Below are positions 57,896 through 64,000 of a stretch of DNA of 64,000 nt, piece after piece. The notes beneath the pieces are model-generated. The model made no database searches. It was not told where the DNA came from and saw only the letters and a list, made by a program, of their open reading frames with translations. Source of the DNA: Polyangiales bacterium (GTDB taxonomy: Bacteria > Myxococcota_A > Polyangia > Polyangiales > Ga0077539). A program made the translations under genes and the position numbers. The stretch spans positions 128,001-192,000 of the forward strand of contig JBGARZ010000013.1 in the NCBI GenBank assembly GCA_044229975.1, read 5' to 3'. Numbering within the stretch: position 1 is the stretch's first letter; each line of letters opens with the position of its first letter.

Positions 57896-60631
57896 TCAGT
57901 CGACGACGTCGACCTCTTCGGGGGTTCGCACGCGGTAGTTCATGTCGATGTAGCGGTAGAGGTCGAGGAAGTACGACTCCATCCGCGCGTTGCCGACGGG
58001 GGAGTCGGTGTAGAAGGTTCCGCGCAGGCAGCCATCCGACGGACGGCAGCGCCCATCGGGGAACACCATGATGAACTTCTGCGGGCGCCTCCACGAGGGG
58101 ATGCTGCTGAGGGCCATGAAGTTGCCGACGATGAGGCCGGTGGCGACGAGGTCCTGCGGCTGCTGACCGTAGCCGTGGAGGAAGTACACGATCGGGTAAC
58201 GCACGCCGGCGTTCTCGGGGTCGTGGTAGCCGGGCGGGAGGTACACGCTGACGGGGCCGTTGCGGTTGGCCGTCTCCGAGCGGAAGTCGAAGGTGCAGAA
58301 GTAGCCCGTCGAGCAGCGACCCGCGTTGTCGAACTCCGTGGAGTAGCGCGCCGCGCGACGATCACCGCCGGGCCAGCGCGAGGCCATCCAGAAGAGGGAG
58401 CTGTAGAGACGGTTGGTGATCTGGGGAATGGTTCCGACGTGGGCGCCGTCGCCGTTGACCAGCTCGGTGTTGGTCGCGTCGGGGTTGCCGTAGCGGAGCA
58501 TCACGTAGTCGGGCACGTGGGCCCAGTCGATGAAGTCGTACGGGAAGGGCGTCTCGGGCACGCGCTCGGCCCCGAAGGGCGAGAAGTTGTTGAAGAAGTG
58601 CACGGGCAACCCGCGCTGCGCGAGGCCGCCCGCGAAGTGGTTGGACACCACGCCGAAGTTGAAGAGGTCGTGCACGCCGCCGTCGGTGAACACGCCGACG
58701 CGCGCGAGCTGCGCCGCCGGAGCAGCCGCCGCGATGTTGCGCGGGTTGACGGCGGTGAAGCGCTCCCAGCCGGGCGTCTGGTCCCAGGTGTTGTTGCCCT
58801 CGCCCTGGTCGTAGGGGCACGTCGCGCCCGACGGGCACGCGACGCCGTCGAGGCCGAGGTCGTCGAAGGCTTCGCCCGTCTCGTGGAGGTAGTTGCCCTC
58901 GGTGCCGGCCGGGTTGAACTGCCGGTCGTAGTCGTCCTGCGCCGGGTCGGGGTTGGTGAGAGCGTCGTAGCCGGGCTCGTTGGCCGACGCGACGCCGTCG
59001 GTGCCGAAGTCGCGGAAGGGCTCGAAGAAGCGCCGCAGCACGGGCTCGCCCGCGTCGCGACGGCCGTTGCGGTTGACGTCCACCGCGAGCGACACCTCCA
59101 TCGGGAAGTTGCCCGCGGTGCCGTCCCACTGGCCCGAGTGACCGCGGGCGTGCGTGCCGTCGCAGAAGGTCACCACCGGCAGCGAGCCGTCGGGGTTGTA
59201 CTCGCGGTCGTAGTAGTTGGTGAGCGTGACGGGGGTCGCGCAGCGGTCGCTGTCGCTGCGCATGAGCTCGGTGTCGGGCACGCCGCGCGGCAGCACACCC
59301 GTCGCGCCCGGCGCCGTCACCGCGTTGCCGAACATGCGCGTGAGGTCGCGGAAGATCTGGATGTACGACTGGCGATCGAAGGTGCCGCCCTGGCCGTCCC
59401 ACCCGTCGGGGAAGAACCAATCCTCGAAGTGCTGCCGACGCTCGAAGAGGTCCGACTGCGGCGGCGTGCGGTCGACGCTCGACCCCATCGCGCAGCCCGT
59501 CGGGTCGAGCGCGCGCTGGGCCGCCGTGCAGAAGCCCCCGACGTGCCAGTTCTGGATGTAGTGACCGAGGTAGTTCCAGTCGACGGGGCCGCCGAGGGGG
59601 GCGATGAAGTCGAAGAGGGGGAGGTTGCGCATGCCGATCATGCCCGCGCCCGCCGCGCCCATGGAGACGCCGAGAATACTGTGGAAGGTAAACCGTCGGC
59701 GCGTGTGGCGGGTGCCGAGCCCCGTGCGGATGACCGCCTGCCAGGTGCCGAGCCGCGGCGCCTTGAAGCTCAGACCGCGGCCGTCGTTGGTGAGGTGCAC
59801 GTCGGCGGCGGGGACGATGCGCGCGGTGCGAACGCCCGGCGACGTGTACGCGAGCTGCACCTGGAGTTCGTAGCCCGCGGGCACCTTCGACGCGTTGACC
59901 GGAACCGTGAATGGAATCTCCCGCAGCAGCCGCGTGGTGCCCGGGTTGAAGCGCACCGCGGGCCCGATGGCCGTGTACCCGTCGGGCACCTGATCGGCCG
60001 CGCACCCGAGCTCGACCTCGACCGGGTTGATCTCGCGCGCCGCCGCGGGGAGACCCACCGTCGCCTGTTCGAGCGGGGTGCCCGTCGCGCCTCGCACCGT
60101 CTCGCCCGCGCGCAGGGTGCCGCGCAGCGCGGGCGTGGTGGTGGGGCACGCAGGCAGCTCGGCGGCGAGCACGGTCACCGTCACCATGGCCGCGCCGACG
60201 CGCACGATGGAGGTGCCCGCCGCGACGCCCGTCACGTCGAAGGTGGCCGTCGAGGCGCCGCGCACCACCGTCACCGTCGGCGACGCCACCGTGGCCACCG
60301 TCGGCTGCGCGGAGCTCACCGTGAACGGAGCTGGGCGACAGCGGTCGCGGCCCACGCGCACGGTCAGCGTCGCGCTCGAACCCGCCGTGAGGTACAGCGC
60401 GCCGGGGCTCAGCGACTCGCGCGTCGGCGGCTCTTCGCCGCACTCGTCCTCGACGTCGGTCGTCGGCGCTGCGTCGCTCACCGCGTCGACCGCGGCGTCG
60501 TCGGGCGTGGCGTCGGTGACGGTCACGCCGCGATCGGTGGTGACGGCAGCGTCGGTGGTCGCCGACGTCGACTCGCAGGCGAGCATCGACCCCGGGACAA
60601 GCAGAGACAGAACCCAAGCGTGGCGGCGCAT
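57896..60631 (-). CDS. Large lipoprotein with Ig-like domain and circularly permuted alpha/beta-hydrolase (esterase)
   Basis: MLAC lipobox; GVSMG nucleophile elbow mid-protein; VYLPPGY...YPIVYFLHG...VFPDG...YIDMNY at the extreme C-terminus. Confidence 0.8.
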   Translation of the reverse strand: MRRHAWVLSLLVPGSMLACESTSATTDAAVTTDRGVTVTDATPDDAAVDAVSDAAPTTDVEDECGEEPPTRESLSPGALYLTAGSSATLTVRVGRDRCRPAPFTVSSAQPTVATVASPTVTVVRGASTATFDVTGVAAGTSIVRVGAAMVTVTVLAAELPACPTTTPALRGTLRAGETVRGATGTPLEQATVGLPAAAREINPVEVELGCAADQVPDGYTAIGPAVRFNPGTTRLLREIPFTVPVNASKVPAGYELQVQLAYTSPGVRTARIVPAADVHLTNDGRGLSFKAPRLGTWQAVIRTGLGTRHTRRRFTFHSILGVSMGAAGAGMIGMRNLPLFDFIAPLGGPVDWNYLGHYIQNWHVGGFCTAAQRALDPTGCAMGSSVDRTPPQSDLFERRQHFEDWFFPDGWDGQGGTFDRQSYIQIFRDLTRMFGNAVTAPGATGVLPRGVPDTELMRSDSDRCATPVTLTNYYDREYNPDGSLPVVTFCDGTHARGHSGQWDGTAGNFPMEVSLAVDVNRNGRRDAGEPVLRRFFEPFRDFGTDGVASANEPGYDALTNPDPAQDDYDRQFNPAGTEGNYLHETGEAFDDLGLDGVACPSGATCPYDQGEGNNTWDQTPGWERFTAVNPRNIAAAAPAAQLARVGVFTDGGVHDLFNFGVVSNHFAGGLAQRGLPVHFFNNFSPFGAERVPETPFPYDFIDWAHVPDYVMLRYGNPDATNTELVNGDGAHVGTIPQITNRLYSSLFWMASRWPGGDRRAARYSTEFDNAGRCSTGYFCTFDFRSETANRNGPVSVYLPPGYHDPENAGVRYPIVYFLHGYGQQPQDLVATGLIVGNFMALSSIPSWRRPQKFIMVFPDGRCRPSDGCLRGTFYTDSPVGNARMESYFLDLYRYIDMNYRVRTPEEVDVVD

Positions 60632-60723
60632 GCGCGGGAGTCTCCACGACCGGGCGGCCGTGACAAGGGGTTTGGGTTCCGCAGGTGATCGCGAGGCGAA
60701 GTCCCCCGCGCGACGAGGCGAGC

Positions 60724-61434
60724 TCAGCGGTAGGTGAAGACGATCTCGTGGTCGCAGATGCGGAAGACGTCGCCCTCGGCGATGGGCCGACGATCGACGC
60801 GGCCGCCCTGGTACTCGATGCCGTTGGTGCTGCCCATGTCGACCATCCAGAACTGGCCCTGGTGACGAACGATGCGCGCGTGCTGACGGGAGACGTTGGG
60901 GTCCTTCACGATGAGGTCGCAGCTCTTGTTGGAGCGACCGATGAAGAACTCGTCCTTGGTGATCGGGTAGCGCTGGCCTTCGTAGACGGCCATGAGCACG
61001 CCGCCGCTCGGAGGCGCCATCACGGCGGGCTGTCGCTGCTGCGCCATCGGGGGCATGCGCCCCTGCGGCTGACCCGGGTTGCCGTAGGCCGCGGGCGGCC
61101 GACCGTTCATCGACGGAGCACCCACGGGAGAAGGCATCGGAGGCCGCATGCCGTTCATCCCCGGGAGCGGCGCGCCGGTGCCCATGCCCGGACGAGCTTG
61201 CCCCATCGGCGGCATGGCCGAGGCCGCCTGCGGGCGACCCATCGGCGGTTGTGGCTGCTGCGGCGGCGCCGTGCCCTGGCCCTTCCCCTGGGTGCGCGCA
61301 TAGTGGCGCATCGCTTCATTGATCAGATAGTCGACGGAGCATTCGAGCTCCCGCGACATCTGCTCGTAGGTGTCCCAGAGATAGTCCCGGCACTGAAACT
61401 GCCGGTAGGTCTTTCGGTTCGGATCTTCGGTCAT
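60724..61434 (-). CDS. FHA domain protein with N-terminal RHH-like domain
   Basis: IGRS...D....DPNVSRQHA...DMGSTNG FHA signature. Confidence 0.88.
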   Translation of the reverse strand: MTEDPNRKTYRQFQCRDYLWDTYEQMSRELECSVDYLINEAMRHYARTQGKGQGTAPPQQPQPPMGRPQAASAMPPMGQARPGMGTGAPLPGMNGMRPPMPSPVGAPSMNGRPPAAYGNPGQPQGRMPPMAQQRQPAVMAPPSGGVLMAVYEGQRYPITKDEFFIGRSNKSCDLIVKDPNVSRQHARIVRHQGQFWMVDMGSTNGIEYQGGRVDRRPIAEGDVFRICDHEIVFTYR

Positions 61435-61548
61435 GGCCCATCCACCGCGGCGCAAGACTGCACGCGATCGGATGCTACACCGATCGTTCGGCGCCGGTCT
61501 ATCGTCCTTCGCTGCCCTCGCGACCGGGGACGCCGCGCCGCGGAACTC

Positions 61549-62415
61549 TCAGCGGTAGACGAACTGAATCTCGTGGTCGCAGATGCGATACGAGTCGCCG
61601 TCCTCGATGACCTTCCGGTCGACCTTGCCGCCGTTGTAGTCGATGCCGTTGGTGCTCTGCTGGTCGACGATCCAATACTGGCCGTTGTAAAGCACCACGC
61701 TGGCGTGGCGGCGCGAGACGTTGGAGTCGCGAATCGTCAGGTCGGTGGTCTTCTGACCGCGACCGATGACGAACTCCTCCTTGGTGACCGGGTACTGCTG
61801 ACCCTCGAAGAGCGCGATGAGCGTGCGGCCCTGGGTGGGCGCGGGGCGCTGCGGGGCCTGCTGCGGAGGCGGGGGGCGCTGCGGGGCCTGCTGCGGAGGG
61901 GGCTGACCCATGCCGGGCATGGCGGGCCGCTGCTGCTGCGGCTGGGTGGTGGGGCCCATCCCCGGTCGCCCCTGGGGCTGCGCCTGCTGCGGCTGCATGG
62001 GGGGCATCCCGGGGCGCTGCGCCTGCGGGTTCATCGAGGGCAGGCGCTGGCCGGTCTGACCCGACATCCCCTGCTGCTGCGGCTGCATCCCGGGCATCCC
62101 CGGACGCTGCTGCGGCTGCATCCCGGGCATCCCCGGGCGCATCGGCTGTTGCTGCATGGGCTGCTGCTGCGGCTGCTGCATGCCCGGCCGATAGCCGGCG
62201 CCCATCTGCTGGGAGACGCTCGCGCGCTCGGGCTGCTCGGGCTGCTCGACGAAGGGGCCGCCGCGCTGCCGGCTCTGGGCGAACTGCCGCATCGACTCGT
62301 TGATGAGGTAGTCGAGCGAGACGTCGAACTCCTGCGACATCGACTCGAAGGTGTCCCAGAGGTACTCGCGGCAATTGAACTGCCGCGGGTTCTTGCTTTG
62401 CGGATCGCCAGGCAT
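61549..62415 (-). CDS. FHA domain protein with N-terminal RHH-like domain and Q/P/M/G-rich linker
   Basis: IGRG...D....DSNVSRRHA...DQQSTNG FHA signature; paralogue of 60724..61434. Confidence 0.88.
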   Translation of the reverse strand: MPGDPQSKNPRQFNCREYLWDTFESMSQEFDVSLDYLINESMRQFAQSRQRGGPFVEQPEQPERASVSQQMGAGYRPGMQQPQQQPMQQQPMRPGMPGMQPQQRPGMPGMQPQQQGMSGQTGQRLPSMNPQAQRPGMPPMQPQQAQPQGRPGMGPTTQPQQQRPAMPGMGQPPPQQAPQRPPPPQQAPQRPAPTQGRTLIALFEGQQYPVTKEEFVIGRGQKTTDLTIRDSNVSRRHASVVLYNGQYWIVDQQSTNGIDYNGGKVDRKVIEDGDSYRICDHEIQFVYR

Positions 62416-62427
62416 GTTTGAGCGTCC

Positions 62428-63996
62428 CTAGGGCTGCGCCGGGGCCTGCTGGGCCGCGCGCAAGGCGTTCTGGAGGTTGTCCTTCGAGCGGGTGGCGACG
62501 GCGCCGACCGTGGAGGGGTTGTCCCCGCTCCAGGCTTCGCCGACCACCGGGGTCGTGTCCCCCGCGAACGACTGGAGCAGCGCGATGTCCTGCGCCTCGC
62601 CCTTGATGCCCAGGAAGAGCATCGCCAGCAGCCGCACCGGCTGCGGGTTGCTCGCGGCGGTGTACGCCCGCAGGGCCGCGCGCGGCGGCGGCGAGATGTC
62701 GCCGAGGGCCTGCGCCTCGCCGTTGATCTCCGCGAAGGTGTAGCCCGCGAAGGGCGCCGGCCGCGCCGTCGCGAGGTGGGTCATGAAGTCCGACACCACG
62801 CCCGCGCCGCCGAGGCGGATGATGGCCTCGCCGATCTTCCAGCGCAGCGTGAAGCCCTGGTCGGCCGCCGTGCCGTTGGCCTGATCGAAGAGACCAAGCA
62901 ACGCCGGAACGGTCTCGCGGCTGCGCGTGTCGCCGACGCGGTCGATGGCCAGGCCGCGGAGCTCGACGTCGCACTGCGCGCCCGTGTTGGGAGAGCCCGC
63001 GGGGCAGGCGTTGTAGATCTCCATCAGCGCCGGGACGTTGGCCGCGGTGACCGCGCCGGTCATGGCCGCGAGGGCGAGGCGACGACGCTCGATGGGCGCC
63101 GCGGCGTCACGCGCGACGGTGAGCAGGTACTCGGTGCCATTGGGCTGCGCGAGCGTCTTGATGGCCTCGAAGAGCACCGTGAGGTACTGGCTGCGGAGCG
63201 CCTCGATGGAGGTCACGATGCGCGCCTCGGCCGGCGGGTCGCGCCCCGGCACGGTGAGCAGCGCGATGACCTTCGTGCGCAGTCGTGCGGTGGCCGCGGG
63301 GCTGGCGATTTCGGTGGCGTTGCGAACGAGCGCGGAGACGGCGGCCTGCTTGCCCTGCGGGGTGCCGACGCCGTTGATGAGGCGCGAGATCTCCACCGAC
63401 ACGGGGATGGCGTTGTCGTCGCTGGTGAGCGCGCGGGTGAGGCGCTCGGCGGCGCTCGACCCGATGGCGTTGACGGTCTGCTCCGCGGTGTACGAGCCCG
63501 CGAGCGCGCGCTGGTTGAAGTCGGCGAGCAGCCAGTCGAGGAGGAGGTTGGCGAGCGCGGCGCGGTCTTCGGCGCTCGCGAAGGAGGCGCGGCCGTCGCC
63601 GCGGAGGAGGACGTACGCCGCGTCCTTGGCCTTGATCATCGGCTCGGACGGGCCCGACGCCGCCGTCGGCGAGGTCTGCGTGCCCGCGGTCATCATGCGC
63701 TGAAGCTCGGGGAGCAGCGCGTGCACGATGCCCTCGCGCTCGGACGCGGGCATCGCCTGCATGGCCGTCGCGAGGAGCTCGAGCCCGTTGGCGTTGGGGT
63801 GCTTCATCTCCACCAGCGCCCGCGCGGCGTGGACGCGCAGGGGCTGCGCGTACCGCGACTCGACGAGCACGGTGGTGATCTTCCGGGGGCCGCGCTGCGT
63901 GTGCTTCCAGTGCTCGATGTCGTCGTCGCCGACCGCACACCCCGCCGCGACCCACATCAAAGCGGCCAGGGCCGCGGCACGTCGTCGATTCAGCAT
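62428..63996 (-). CDS. Helical-repeat (HEAT-like) lipoprotein
   Basis: AAGC lipobox; amphipathic helical repeats (RVHAARALVEM, RLLAMLFLG). Confidence 0.75.
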   Translation of the reverse strand: MLNRRRAAALAALMWVAAGCAVGDDDIEHWKHTQRGPRKITTVLVESRYAQPLRVHAARALVEMKHPNANGLELLATAMQAMPASEREGIVHALLPELQRMMTAGTQTSPTAASGPSEPMIKAKDAAYVLLRGDGRASFASAEDRAALANLLLDWLLADFNQRALAGSYTAEQTVNAIGSSAAERLTRALTSDDNAIPVSVEISRLINGVGTPQGKQAAVSALVRNATEIASPAATARLRTKVIALLTVPGRDPPAEARIVTSIEALRSQYLTVLFEAIKTLAQPNGTEYLLTVARDAAAPIERRRLALAAMTGAVTAANVPALMEIYNACPAGSPNTGAQCDVELRGLAIDRVGDTRSRETVPALLGLFDQANGTAADQGFTLRWKIGEAIIRLGGAGVVSDFMTHLATARPAPFAGYTFAEINGEAQALGDISPPPRAALRAYTAASNPQPVRLLAMLFLGIKGEAQDIALLQSFAGDTTPVVGEAWSGDNPSTVGAVATRSKDNLQNALRAAQQAPAQP

Positions 63997-64000
63997 CGTC

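Overview
Very GC-rich, gene-dense bacterial chromosome segment. The gene content points to Myxococcota, probably Polyangia-like: MYXO-CTERM-type sorting tails, many Cys-rich and 'DAG'-linker lipoproteins, a VWA lipoprotein, and FHA and DUF4388-type signalling proteins. About 58 CDS can be supported. Recognisable genes include phoD, two tandem PilT-family ATPases, queE, an isocitrate/isopropylmalate dehydrogenase, an SPFH protein, a GT2, FKBP, GST, an AlkA-type glycosylase, two aldo/keto reductases, a DHH phosphoesterase, an oppD/oppF-type ATPase pair, a LivK-like binding protein and an Rpn-like gene. I saw no rRNA, tRNA, CRISPR array, prophage or intact transposase. The most notable unexplained signals are: (1) three long intergenic palindromes that share an inner GCAAGG-triplet core but have locus-specific outer arms; (2) an orphan helical-protein gene preceded by five 43-bp tandem repeats, with an inverted partial copy on its other side; (3) a circularly permuted esterase lipoprotein; (4) an orphan protein with lipoxygenase-like metal-ligand spacing behind an operator-like repeat; (5) two tandem RHH-like/low-complexity/FHA proteins; (6) a second REP-like hairpin family, one copy of which lies inside a signal-peptide coding region; and (7) a repeated signature of leaderless promoters. 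All functional calls come from motif recognition by eye; no database searches were run.
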